IMG/VR virus record: IMGVR_UViG_3300011977_000001
Direction: 5' to 3' (one strand)
DNA from: a virus
DNA: 64,000 nt
Shown in pieces: positions 8,737 to 18,473 of the stretch (within the stretch, counting starts at the first letter, position 1; each line of letters begins with the position of its first letter). The notes under the pieces are model-generated. The model had not been told where the DNA came from, did not search any database, and was given only the letters and a program-made list of their open reading frames with translations. Made by a program: the position numbers and the translations under genes.

Positions 8737-9969
8737 TCACCATCTCAGCTTTGCGTTCTTTTTTAGTTTGCAGGTCTTCTTTCTTCCAAAATTTCCTGCT
8801 TTATTCAATGCCTTCTTGTTCTTCTTATAAAGCGTTTTCCATTTCGAACCATCCTTATAGACGATCTTTGCAAGCTGATAAAGCGTCTGTCCTTTTTTAC
8901 CTGGATACGGATTAGGCGTTTGCTTCGCAGCTCTGTGATTCCTGGACCTTGATTTCTGTGAAGTTATGCTAGGAAGTCTGGATGATAACCACTCAATGTC
9001 GTAAGTGTAATCACCCATAGGTCCTTTCTTATAATTGAATGAGCTCACGTACACATTGCTGCTGAGCATACCATCGATTGTCAGTTTGACCGGCGTTTTA
9101 TTCACCCGAAACGACTCAATGTTGTTAATGATCTCATTCGGAGGAATGAAAGATTCCTCTTGGACCATGAATCCAAGTGGCTGCCAATATGCCGGCAATC
9201 TTCCTTCCCATGAGATTTTCTCCTGTTCTTGCCCATTCGGTATCTGGATTTCTCCCAGCCCGATGATCGTATGCTTTGCGAAAAGCATTGTCGTTTCGAC
9301 CTTTACCTCAGGCGGTGATACTGGAAAAGGAAACTTATTGATAACACCGCCTTCAACATGAATCCAGTTAATTCCTGCTTTCGGGTTATAGGTTATGATC
9401 CCACTCGGGATCTTTCTTCTGGCTGCTGCCTCGGCTACGATCTGTGCATCATTCTTTGCGGCCTGCCTCTGAAATGCAGCTCTGATCTTTTGCGCCTTTT
9501 TTATCAGTCTCCTTGCTTCAGCTCTCAGGTCGTTCGCCTGATTCATCGCTTTTGTCCGTCTGGCCTTTGACATCTTTTTCGCCTGGCGAGACATTTCTTC
9601 GGCTTGTGCCATTAACGTATCTGCCTGAGTCATGTAGGAAATAGCCTGTTTGCTCACATTGTTCCATGACCTTTCAAGCTCCTTCTGGAAACTTGTGTGA
9701 AGCACTTGCTTGGAAATGTCTGCGGCCGCTTTCGCTGCCTTTTTTTGGGCAACCATGATCGGAGTTTTTTTATTTTTCTGAGCGGCTGCGTTTCGTTTAA
9801 TCTCTCGCTCTTCTCTCCGTTCCTCCTTACCATGAGCTCGCATAATAGGATTTTCTATGACCTTCTGAACGGAGGCAGTTCTACGCTTTTTGGCTATTTC
9901 TGCCTTCCGCTGCCTGCGATACGCAGTCTGTATAGTTTTGCCATTGCCTGCTTTGGCCATTGTAATCAC
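8737..9969 (-). CDS. LysM-containing tail protein (XkdP-like)
   Basis: 410 aa with a basic coiled-coil N-terminal half and a C-terminal GQTLYQLAKIVYKDGSKWKTLYKKNKKAL LysM-like segment. It lies immediately after the tape measure gene. Confidence 0.55.
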   Translation of the reverse strand: MITMAKAGNGKTIQTAYRRQRKAEIAKKRRTASVQKVIENPIMRAHGKEERREEREIKRNAAAQKNKKTPIMVAQKKAAKAAADISKQVLHTSFQKELERSWNNVSKQAISYMTQADTLMAQAEEMSRQAKKMSKARRTKAMNQANDLRAEARRLIKKAQKIRAAFQRQAAKNDAQIVAEAAARRKIPSGIITYNPKAGINWIHVEGGVINKFPFPVSPPEVKVETTMLFAKHTIIGLGEIQIPNGQEQEKISWEGRLPAYWQPLGFMVQEESFIPPNEIINNIESFRVNKTPVKLTIDGMLSSNVYVSSFNYKKGPMGDYTYDIEWLSSRLPSITSQKSRSRNHRAAKQTPNPYPGKKGQTLYQLAKIVYKDGSKWKTLYKKNKKALNKAGNFGRKKTCKLKKNAKLRW

Positions 9970-9975
9970 CTCCTA

Positions 9976-12900
9976 TTAGCCTGCTGCATACGGTGTGTTC
10001 TCATATGCCTGTTCAAGCGCATCTGCCAGGGCATTCGTAACGATCTCTGTAATCTCCGATGCTCTGCTCTGGACCTGAGATACAACGTCTCCTCCATTTC
10101 CATTGATCTGGAATGAGATATTTCCGACTGAAACGCTCCCGTTTCCTCCGGACTTTGGCTTAGCGTCCGAATTGCCGTTTTCACCATCACTCTTGCTACT
10201 CGGCAGCATTCCTCCAACCACGCCGCCGTTTGCGTGCTTCGAAATTCCCAGTGCGTCCTCTGTCTGAGACAGAAGTTCGAGTGCTCTGGACCTTCTATGC
10301 GGTGCGAACGGGATGATCATCTCCGGGTATCCTTCATCTCCTACCCATGTAAGTTCTGCAGAATCTACCAAACCACCATTCGCTTTCTTCTGCACGCCGC
10401 CGACCGTGACAGTTGCAGAACCGGTTCCTCCGCTTGTAGCTGCTACCGTTGCGGATGCGCTCTGTACATTCAGCTGCGGAACAACCGTAACTGGTACATA
10501 CACAGTTCCTGCCGCCTGTGCATTAACCGGTACCGTTGCGGATACCGGGGTTTCTGCTGCTGCTCTCATTGCTTCAGATACGGAAGTTGCATCGATCATA
10601 CCAGGTACTCCAGTTGCGTCTACGACCGGATTTGCGGTTGTAGTTGTTGAAGATGCCTGAGCAGCCACACTTGCTGCTGCTGACACGGTATCTGCCACTC
10701 CTGAAACTCCGCTTGTTACAGTCGGCTGAAGGGTCATATTGACTGGTTTGTCCACGTTTACAGGTTCACCGGCTGATTCCTGAACGGTGCTTTGAAGCTG
10801 TGTATTGTCTACACTTCCAGGTGTCAACTGCTGATTGACTACTACCTGCTGCGTTGTTTCAGCCGGTGCCACCGTTGTTCCGACTCCAACCATCGTTTCC
10901 GGTGCTACTGCTGCCGGCGTTGATTCTTTTACAGTTGCTCCGGATGTCGGTGCTTCTGCTGCCTGTGCTGTAATTCCGAATCCAGGTAGTGTAAACCCAC
11001 TCCACCATCCTTCCAGTCCGGTAACAATGCTTGACCAGAAACTTTCTTTCATTCCACTAGAAGACGAACTCGGAGCTTTTACTTCCCCACCGGAACCAAC
11101 ACCGACAAGAAGCTGATCTGCCGTTCCGTTTCCGCCTGCAGAAGTCGTTTTCCCATTTGCCATATCAATGTACTGCTGAAGCTCTGATGTTGCATCTGGG
11201 AGCTTACTTGCTTCTTCTTTTGTAAGCGTATTGCTTTCTGCCTCTTTAAGTTTTGCATTCACTTCATCGGCGTGTTTTATTAAACCATCCGTATATTCGT
11301 CACTGACCTGAGGTATATTTAGAGCCTTTTCTATCTTTTGTCCTGCTTTTCCAAAGAATCCAACCACTGCCTGTCCAAAGGTCTCAGGTTTTGATGAAAT
11401 CGTTCTTCCGTTTGAAAGCGTTCCATTTTCGCCATAGCGAGTCTCAATCATCTCCTGTTTCTTATCGTTCTGGACCGCTCCTGCCCCAGGTTTCTGGTTA
11501 TTAAGGCCAACTTTTGATCTAATGTTCGCTTCCATTGTTCCAACATGAGACTTGTTATGCAGCTTATCCTCAGCGCCGTAAATATCTTCCGGTGTATTTT
11601 CAACCCACGGCTTCCCGGTAAGGTAATTCGTCCCAAATGTATGAATACCATTCCCAGTCGGGAGCTCTTTCTTTCCTCCTAATTTTGGCTTTTTCTTCTT
11701 TGTTGACTTAATCTGAGGAGAACCAGGTGTGAACCCTTCTTCAGTTGTTTCACCAGATTTTCCTCCCGAAATTGTGAACTTTTCCCCTGGGAATATCAGG
11801 TTAATATCTCCACCACTATATTTATCGAGCACTTTCTGGTTTGCTGTCTGGAAGTTCTGAATATCTTCCTTTGTAGGCTCATGTCCCAGCAACTGCCTCA
11901 AAATTCCAATAACCGTGTCACCATGCTTTACCTCATATTCCTGAGTCTTATCCGTAGTGCCGGTTTTTTCTGATTCTTTTTTGCTAAATTCGTGAGTTGC
12001 CTGTTTCTGCAGACCTTTGTATTCCTGGTCAGTCGTATCTGTCATTGCAAACTTCAATGCTTCTGTGAATGCCTGCTCAACATTTTCATTTCTGAAATAA
12101 TGATCAGTATCACTCAGGATCTTTCCAACCATGTCAACAGCTTCATCGTGATATTGGGAATTTTCATCATTCACGTCCTGAATCAGTCTGAATGCCTGCT
12201 GCTGGACCATAGCGTTGCTATAGCCTGCTGCTGCCATAATTTCAATCCCGCTCTTATAGCTCTCCATCATGCTCTGCGGAACTTCCATTCCTTCGGTTTT
12301 CATCTGGTTTATCGAAGTCTTGACTTCATCGACCCATCCTGCGATTGATGCTCCGTAATCCTGTGCTGATGCCTGAAGCCCAGAATACTGCTTATTCCGA
12401 TTCAGCTGCAGATTCATTGCTTCGCCAATCGACTGAGTTCCCGTTCCAACTGCCGTGAATGTAGTTGCATCGTTTTCCAGGTTACTCATAGCTTTGTACC
12501 ATGAGTCTGCATTATTGATATAAGAGCCAAGGTCGCTGCCGAGTGCATCATCGATCATACCGTTCAGCTGCGACAGAGAATCCACACGTTCTCTTGACTG
12601 ATTGATGAATGTTTGAATATCTGCATTCTTCGCAAGCTGTGCATATTCATCAGATCCAAGTCCAAAGGCTTTTGCATATCCTAATTTGGCATTCGTTGAA
12701 GCAGTCCGGTATTGTTCACTATTTGCCTCATCCATCTGTTTGAACGCTTCGGACATTTTCTCTACACTATCTGCATCAAAATTGCCCATAGAAGACACGG
12801 AAGCCGCCTTCTGCATACTGCTCTGCATACTGGTGAACTCGCTAGCAAGCTGCGTAGAATCAGCCACAAACGGAGTCGCCTTTTTAGCGAACTCGTCAAG

Positions 12901-15438
12901 TGTAATATCGCCTTTAGTATAAGAATCGTAGAGGCCCTTTACTTCCTCCTGATTTTTTTCAAGTTTCTCTTTCGTTGACTTGAACTGCTTTGAATATTCA
13001 GCGTTTGCCTGTGCTTCCAGGTCTGCAACGTTGCCTCCCGCACTCTGGAATGTCCCAAAGTTTTCAAGCATTCCTGCACCATAGCTCATTACAGATGAAA
13101 GGGAATTATCCATCGCTGACATAACCTGCTGGCCGTAAGTATCAGCCTGCTCCTGAGTCAGTGAAATTCCGTTCTGCATCTGTGTATTCATCCCTTCAAC
13201 ATTCTGTGCCGAGGTATTTGCCTGGGTGAAATAATTCTGTCCTTCAACGATCTGCGAATTACCATGTACGAACGCATTTTGAGTTCCGTACACTTTTTCT
13301 ACTGCTGAATTTACCTGATCAGTCGTAATTGAAAGTGTTGCCATATGCCTCTGAGCATAATCCGTTGCTTTCGCATACTCATCAGTTCCTTTCGTCAGGC
13401 GCTCCAAGCTCTTATTTGTGTCTTCTGCGTGTCTCTTCAGCTCATTACCCATGAACAAACTGATAAGTCCACCAGTAGCAGCGCCAAACAGAGCTCCAAG
13501 CGGTCCTGCGACTGCGCCTGCTGCTGCTCCGACACCTACCGCTCCGAGTCTTGACCAACCAGAAGTTTTTGTCGCTCTTTTCTGAATTTCTGTATTCTGT
13601 TTCGATGCAGTTACCAGGTCCTTAATTCCACCTGCCACTGCCAATGCTGCGACTGAAAATGCTGCTGCGTTTGCTACTGGAATCCCTGCATGTGGTTTTG
13701 GTGCGGTCAAGAAGCGATCAATGTCATAGATGTTGTCACCCTCATCTACTAACCCACCATGAGCTGTGCTAAGAGCACTCACACGTCCCAGTGCAGCTGC
13801 GTATCTTTCCATTCCAGTAGCTGCTGTTGTTACGTTTGCTACACCACCGCCTGTAAAGATGTTTCCTAATCCCTTGCCGCCAAACAATCCACTGAGAGTT
13901 TTGATTCCGCCCATCAGGTTCTTTCCACCGAACCCGAGCAGTAACCCGTTTAGAATTGAAGTTCCGCTTAATTTTCCATCAACAAGGGAACTAAATACGC
14001 TTTTAAGCGCATTTGCAATCGAATCAGCAATCGCTTTTGCAACCCCGGAACCATCAAATCCGTGAAGGAATCCCTGTGCAAATCCAGCTCCGATTGTTGT
14101 AGCTTGATTTGCAAGCTCCATATCTCCAGAATTTAATCCGAAGATTCCTTTCATGATCGTAGAAAGTCCGCTTCCGATGTCCTCTCCAAGAGCATTTGCC
14201 TTTCCGATAAACAGGTCATGTCCTTTTGTATCCCACCACTTGCTTAACGGATCTCCGATAACAGTGTCCCATGCGATCTTGAATTTCCCAAGAAGGTCAG
14301 CATTCTGAAATTCCTGGCTATTCATGACTGAGTTAAGATCCTGGATTCGATCAACAAGCCCAGCAAAAGCCTTATCCATGAAAGCGATTGCCTGCGGTCT
14401 GATCTGCCCGACAAAATTTCCGAGTGTTTCTCCAACTTCTTTCAGCGGTCCCTTTACAGTGTTCAAGTCTGTCTTATAAGCAAGCAGGAACTCATGTGCC
14501 TGGCCGGCCAAAGACTTCTGATCGTCAGACGCACCGATCAATGCTTCGCCAATTTTTGCGTAAGCTGCATGAATGTTGTCGATAACACCGGTGATAGTTG
14601 CATCACCCATTGCCTGAGCTGCTCCGTGAATGTTTTCTTCTACGGCTGCTTGCAGCTGGGTAATGCCAATTTCACCATTCTTCGCCATAGCGGTTATCTG
14701 GTCTTCAGTTGTTCCCATCGTTTTGGCGAGCCACTGATAAACTGGGAGACCTCTTTCAGCTAACCTTTGCAGAGTATCGTTCTGCGCTTTACCGGTAGTT
14801 ACGACTGCATTCATGATATTTCCCATATCACCCATCGAAGTACCAGCAATACCAGCCAGGTCTGCAATATCTACCAGATATTTTTCTAGGTCTTTACCAG
14901 GTTTCAGCCCTGCTGCAACTGCTGATGCTGCTGCTGTGACTGCCTCATCGAGTCCGTATGCAGTACCATTAACAGCTGCCAGCGCATTATTCGAGATTTC
15001 GGTGATCGCTTCCGCAGAGTTTCCAAGACCTTTCAGCTTTGCTTTTGCTTTATCAATGTTGACGACACGGGACCAGCCTCTTGTTAGCATTTCATTGCCA
15101 AGTCCTTTTAGCTGTCCAAGTACCATCTGAAGAGGCTGAGTGACTTTATCCAGTATTTCAATACCAAACTTGATTGTGCCAATCCCAGATAGAGTTTTAA
15201 CCCCACGCATGATTGTATCTAGCTTTTTCGATGCATTGTCCTGAATGTCAAAAGAAGCCTGCATCTTCCCACCGTTTGGCATGTCAAATAGTGGACTCCC
15301 ATTCAGAGAGTTCATCATTTTGTTTACTCGCTGCAAAGATTCTTCCAGTCTGTCAAGGGCCTTAGCAGATGCCTCAATTTGTGGAGACATGTTGTCCTGA
15401 TAATTTGTCCTTACATCGATGATGATTGTTTCAGCCAT
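9976..15438 (-). CDS. tail tape measure protein with embedded LysM-like module
   Basis: 1820 aa, A/G/S/Q-rich and helical, lying between the chaperone and baseplate genes. It has an internal YEVKHGDTVIGILRQLLG...SGGDINLIFPGEKFTI segment. Confidence 0.9.
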   Translation of the reverse strand: MAETIIIDVRTNYQDNMSPQIEASAKALDRLEESLQRVNKMMNSLNGSPLFDMPNGGKMQASFDIQDNASKKLDTIMRGVKTLSGIGTIKFGIEILDKVTQPLQMVLGQLKGLGNEMLTRGWSRVVNIDKAKAKLKGLGNSAEAITEISNNALAAVNGTAYGLDEAVTAAASAVAAGLKPGKDLEKYLVDIADLAGIAGTSMGDMGNIMNAVVTTGKAQNDTLQRLAERGLPVYQWLAKTMGTTEDQITAMAKNGEIGITQLQAAVEENIHGAAQAMGDATITGVIDNIHAAYAKIGEALIGASDDQKSLAGQAHEFLLAYKTDLNTVKGPLKEVGETLGNFVGQIRPQAIAFMDKAFAGLVDRIQDLNSVMNSQEFQNADLLGKFKIAWDTVIGDPLSKWWDTKGHDLFIGKANALGEDIGSGLSTIMKGIFGLNSGDMELANQATTIGAGFAQGFLHGFDGSGVAKAIADSIANALKSVFSSLVDGKLSGTSILNGLLLGFGGKNLMGGIKTLSGLFGGKGLGNIFTGGGVANVTTAATGMERYAAALGRVSALSTAHGGLVDEGDNIYDIDRFLTAPKPHAGIPVANAAAFSVAALAVAGGIKDLVTASKQNTEIQKRATKTSGWSRLGAVGVGAAAGAVAGPLGALFGAATGGLISLFMGNELKRHAEDTNKSLERLTKGTDEYAKATDYAQRHMATLSITTDQVNSAVEKVYGTQNAFVHGNSQIVEGQNYFTQANTSAQNVEGMNTQMQNGISLTQEQADTYGQQVMSAMDNSLSSVMSYGAGMLENFGTFQSAGGNVADLEAQANAEYSKQFKSTKEKLEKNQEEVKGLYDSYTKGDITLDEFAKKATPFVADSTQLASEFTSMQSSMQKAASVSSMGNFDADSVEKMSEAFKQMDEANSEQYRTASTNAKLGYAKAFGLGSDEYAQLAKNADIQTFINQSRERVDSLSQLNGMIDDALGSDLGSYINNADSWYKAMSNLENDATTFTAVGTGTQSIGEAMNLQLNRNKQYSGLQASAQDYGASIAGWVDEVKTSINQMKTEGMEVPQSMMESYKSGIEIMAAAGYSNAMVQQQAFRLIQDVNDENSQYHDEAVDMVGKILSDTDHYFRNENVEQAFTEALKFAMTDTTDQEYKGLQKQATHEFSKKESEKTGTTDKTQEYEVKHGDTVIGILRQLLGHEPTKEDIQNFQTANQKVLDKYSGGDINLIFPGEKFTISGGKSGETTEEGFTPGSPQIKSTKKKKPKLGGKKELPTGNGIHTFGTNYLTGKPWVENTPEDIYGAEDKLHNKSHVGTMEANIRSKVGLNNQKPGAGAVQNDKKQEMIETRYGENGTLSNGRTISSKPETFGQAVVGFFGKAGQKIEKALNIPQVSDEYTDGLIKHADEVNAKLKEAESNTLTKEEASKLPDATSELQQYIDMANGKTTSAGGNGTADQLLVGVGSGGEVKAPSSSSSGMKESFWSSIVTGLEGWWSGFTLPGFGITAQAAEAPTSGATVKESTPAAVAPETMVGVGTTVAPAETTQQVVVNQQLTPGSVDNTQLQSTVQESAGEPVNVDKPVNMTLQPTVTSGVSGVADTVSAAASVAAQASSTTTTANPVVDATGVPGMIDATSVSEAMRAAAETPVSATVPVNAQAAGTVYVPVTVVPQLNVQSASATVAATSGGTGSATVTVGGVQKKANGGLVDSAELTWVGDEGYPEMIIPFAPHRRSRALELLSQTEDALGISKHANGGVVGGMLPSSKSDGENGNSDAKPKSGGNGSVSVGNISFQINGNGGDVVSQVQSRASEITEIVTNALADALEQAYENTPYAAG

Positions 15439-15478
15439 GGTGCAAGTCTCCGCTCCTTTTCATCGAAATTTTGCACAA

Positions 15479-15637
15479 TCATAAGTGTTCATGTAGCTTA
15501 TCCTCTAACGCTTTAAGGGTTGAGGCTATTAAAAAAGCACGTTCCCCTGGTGTTCGGGTAAAGAACCATGACGGCTCTTTACCCTGCCACTGCCAAATGT
15601 AGTGCAATACCGTTGCTAGGGAACTGTGCTCAATCAG
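15479..15637 (-). other. -1 frame extension of the tail assembly chaperone (gpGT-like product)
   Basis: Hand translation of the -1 frame from the slippery site gives 52 sense codons (LIEHSSLATVLHYIWQWQGKEPSWFFTRTPGERAFLIASTLKALEDKLHEHL). It then stops at TGA at 15479-15481, about 40 nt before the TMP start. Confidence 0.55.
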
Positions 15638-16182
15638 TTTTTTGCGTAATCTGTGAGGTCAACGTCATATCCGGAAAGCTGATCGATTGCATCAGATACT
15701 GCGTTCTTCCATCCGCCCGGAAGAAGAATATCGACTGCTTCCCATCCTTCGAAAAGGTCAAACTTCTTCTTGATCGCCGGGTTGTCCCAGATTTTCTCAC
15801 GATCCTCATCGATCGTTGCCTCATAAATCTTACGAGACTTGAACTGCGGCCAGTTGACTTCGGTCTCGATCTTCGGAAGATTCTTGCCGGCCGGGTTTCT
15901 TGCGTACTTTGCAGATGCCTTTCTAATCTGAAGCACTTCATCCTCCGAAAGAGGTCTGATCGTAAACTCAAAGAGGAATTTACCATCACGTTTGATCTCA
16001 ATCTTCTGGCGGCTGGACTCGTCCTCCTTATAGTCAGCTGCTTCAAGCAGGGACTTTACCAGGTCGTACTGCTTGTCCTCCACGTTCTCCGGAAGTCCGT
16101 TCTTATCAACAAACTCTTCTTCGAGCTCCTGGTCCTTCTGCTCCACGTTCTCATCTGCAACCGTAGTAGTCTTCTTATTCAT
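15634..16182 (-). CDS. tail assembly chaperone (XkdN / gpG-like)
   Basis: 182 aa, acidic, between the tube and tape measure genes. It ends in a slippery heptamer. Confidence 0.65.
   Translation of the reverse strand: MNKKTTTVADENVEQKDQELEEEFVDKNGLPENVEDKQYDLVKSLLEAADYKEDESSRQKIEIKRDGKFLFEFTIRPLSEDEVLQIRKASAKYARNPAGKNLPKIETEVNWPQFKSRKIYEATIDEDREKIWDNPAIKKKFDLFEGWEAVDILLPGGWKNAVSDAIDQLSGYDVDLTDYAKN
15637..15643 (-). promoter_or_regulatory. programmed -1 frameshift slippery heptamer A_AAA_AAC
   Basis: The - sense reads GCA AAA AAC TGA. This is a canonical X_XXY_YYZ heptamer directly before the chaperone stop codon, at the conserved tube-TMP position. Confidence 0.55.
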
Positions 16183-16326
16183 TTTTTCTCCTTATAGACC
16201 AGGCCACCATCGTAGCCCGGCAAGCGGATTCTAACCGCTTCTGTATGTATGAACCTCAGTTTTTTATTTCGTTTATCTACATCCCCACTCTAAGAGCTGT
16301 GCTCAAAGAGCGGAGACGCTTTCTGG

Positions 16327-16782
16327 TTATACCAGGCTTGCCAAGTAATCCGGTACGGAGTTGATTCTGAACGAGAACGATCTCTTCAGAATGTCTCCTG
16401 GTGTCAGGTTCATCAGGTCGATCGAACCGTCCGGTACGCAGCGCTTGAATGTCATTCTCTGCTTCTGTCCATCCGGTCTCTCGCAAACGCCAGCAAAATC
16501 GAATGTCGGGATCTTACCATCCTTGATTGCATCGATGATCGGCTTTGCAACGTACTGATCAGAAATAACTGCCTCAGAGAAAGTCAGGGAGAAGGAAACT
16601 CCGGTCGGCACTGCGTAGCTCAGGATTGAGCCAACAGGCTGATAATCGGTATTGGAAATGCTAGCCTGGACCTGGAAAGTATCAACCTGTGCCATGAAGA
16701 AGTCGGTTCCATCTACGTTAATGTACATGAAACCGTCCTTCCCACTCATGAGCTGTCTGGTATCAAGAATCTGTCTTGCCAT
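16327..16782 (-). CDS. tail tube protein (XkdM-like)
   Basis: 151 aa immediately downstream of the sheath gene. The N-terminus ..LMSGKDGFMYINVDG..FMAQVDTFQVQ matches the XkdM-type tube pattern. Confidence 0.8.
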   Translation of the reverse strand: MARQILDTRQLMSGKDGFMYINVDGTDFFMAQVDTFQVQASISNTDYQPVGSILSYAVPTGVSFSLTFSEAVISDQYVAKPIIDAIKDGKIPTFDFAGVCERPDGQKQRMTFKRCVPDGSIDLMNLTPGDILKRSFSFRINSVPDYLASLV

Positions 16783-16796
16783 TTATACTTCCCTCC

Positions 16797-18203
16797 TTAA
16801 ACTGCGCTGTATCTGAATGTGTAATTCAGATAAATCTTTTCCAGAGAATCGAGGTCGTCAAGAGCGATCAGGAACCATGCAGAGTCACCCTGATGCGGTC
16901 TGTCTGGATCCTCAATGAACGAATAGCCGGCCTGAATCTTTCCTTCTGCGAACATTGCATCCAGAACATCGGTTCCGAGCTTTATGACATTTGCAATTCC
17001 ATCATCGTCATTGTCGATTCTTCCTGACAGCGGGTCGAGTGTTCTGTCGATACGGTCCATCGCTTCCTGACGAACCTTTACACGGCGAATCTTCTTCCAG
17101 CCTGCATCCTGATCACTGTTCGGATTGACCAGTGTAGTAACACCGGACTCAACTCTGACAGTGCCATCAGCAGCAGAGCTGAACATTACGCAGCCGTGCT
17201 GGATAGCCTCTATGTGCTGAGAATCGGTAAGGACCTCTCCCAGGTCTTCCATGTCAGTGACAGTCGCATGTACGATCGAGTCATTGGACGGAGTAGAAGC
17301 GATCATTCCAGCCACAATAGCCGCTGCTTCATAACCCTCAACCAGGTCTCCGTCTGTGTCGATTGCGGAACCGCCGACATAAACCACGTTCTCATCATTG
17401 AATGCTGCTGAATGCTGGATTCTGGTCTTAAAGGCAACGCTCTTCGGTTCACCAACAACTGCGATAAACAGAGCTCCCAGGGACTTCATTCTTGTAACGA
17501 ACGCATGAACCAGGGTGTGAACCGCCGGGTCGCCTGAATCTACACACAGAACATTGAAGCGATACGCTTCCAGAAGTGAAAGCGCAGTGCTGTAATTTTC
17601 TGTCTTAGTAGTCGGGTTCGTTCCTGCGGTAATCGATGCCTGAGTAACATCAGCGATCTTTCCGGTCGCACCATCAGCTGTCTTTGCGGTGAATACTGCT
17701 GAATACTGATTGACTGCATCAACCAGGTTCTGAATTTCGCTGTCGCCGGCAACAAAATTGACCTTCTCGATCACAGTCGTTCCTTCATAAACGATCAGTT
17801 CCTTCATTCCTGCGTCTGCAAGAGTAGACTGAATCGTAACCTTGAAAGCACGATCAGACGGATACTTTGTGCTCAGGGTTACAGCAACCTTTTCGCCTGC
17901 CTTAACCTCATAACTTCCTGAAGTACCATCAGCGCCGACACGAACAACTCTCAGTTTGTTCGCTCCTGCCTGAAGTGCCCGGAACGCCACCTTCTTGACG
18001 CTATCGCTCTTGCCGTAAAGTTCTTCGAGCTCTGCCACGGTAGTGATCTCGTCACCAACTCCCAGAGGCCCCCAGTCTGCCTGGATGACTGCTGCGACAG
18101 TACCATCGTCTGCGCCTGCGACAACACCCACGCTAGTGGTGGTGTATCTGCGGTACACGCCTGGTCTGACCTTTGTTTCACCGACTGTGTATAAAGATGC
18201 CAT
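16797..18203 (-). CDS. contractile tail sheath protein (XkdK-like)
   Basis: 468 aa. The N-terminal TKVRPGVYRRY motif and the size are typical of sheath proteins. It is followed by the tube gene. Confidence 0.85.
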   Translation of the reverse strand: MASLYTVGETKVRPGVYRRYTTTSVGVVAGADDGTVAAVIQADWGPLGVGDEITTVAELEELYGKSDSVKKVAFRALQAGANKLRVVRVGADGTSGSYEVKAGEKVAVTLSTKYPSDRAFKVTIQSTLADAGMKELIVYEGTTVIEKVNFVAGDSEIQNLVDAVNQYSAVFTAKTADGATGKIADVTQASITAGTNPTTKTENYSTALSLLEAYRFNVLCVDSGDPAVHTLVHAFVTRMKSLGALFIAVVGEPKSVAFKTRIQHSAAFNDENVVYVGGSAIDTDGDLVEGYEAAAIVAGMIASTPSNDSIVHATVTDMEDLGEVLTDSQHIEAIQHGCVMFSSAADGTVRVESGVTTLVNPNSDQDAGWKKIRRVKVRQEAMDRIDRTLDPLSGRIDNDDDGIANVIKLGTDVLDAMFAEGKIQAGYSFIEDPDRPHQGDSAWFLIALDDLDSLEKIYLNYTFRYSAV

Positions 18204-18463
18204 CAGCCTTCTACCTTCCTTTCTCCAAATTCCTCAACCATTCTCTTTGCTTCCTCAATCGTTGCCGCTCCTACAATTCCCTTATAGTGGAAAGCAGCCC
18301 AGACCATATCTTTCGTGCTTCCGATCACTTCTGGGTGTTCGTAGAAGTCTTCAAACGGATAGAGTTTGAGCGGCTTCTTCTCGGTTTCCTTCGGAACCTG
18401 TGCTTCAACAACGTCCTTCTGGACGGTTTCTGCTTCATTGCTCTTCTTCGACATAGCTTTCAC
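18203..18463 (-). CDS. hypothetical protein (86 aa)
   Basis: ORF directly coupled to the sheath gene start (shared base at 18203). Confidence 0.5.
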   Translation of the reverse strand: MKAMSKKSNEAETVQKDVVEAQVPKETEKKPLKLYPFEDFYEHPEVIGSTKDMVWAAFHYKGIVGAATIEEAKRMVEEFGERKVEG

Positions 18464-18473
18464 TCCATTTCGT

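Noticed and set aside
9966-11116. Nested or alternative-frame ORFs inside the tape measure gene (for example 9966-10217, 10234-10660, 10313-10660, 10835-11116)
   Set aside because: They are embedded in the 1820-aa TMP reading frame. Their composition reflects the repetitive A/G/T/V-rich TMP region read out of frame.
15568-16197. Long + strand ORFs antisense to structural genes (also 21233-21937, 23801-24595, 30420-30974, 37103-37429 and many shorter ones)
   Set aside because: They lie entirely inside longer minus-strand genes that have recognisable products. They have low-complexity or odd composition (Cys/Arg/Leu/Ser-rich) and no RBS context. These are typical shadow ORFs.
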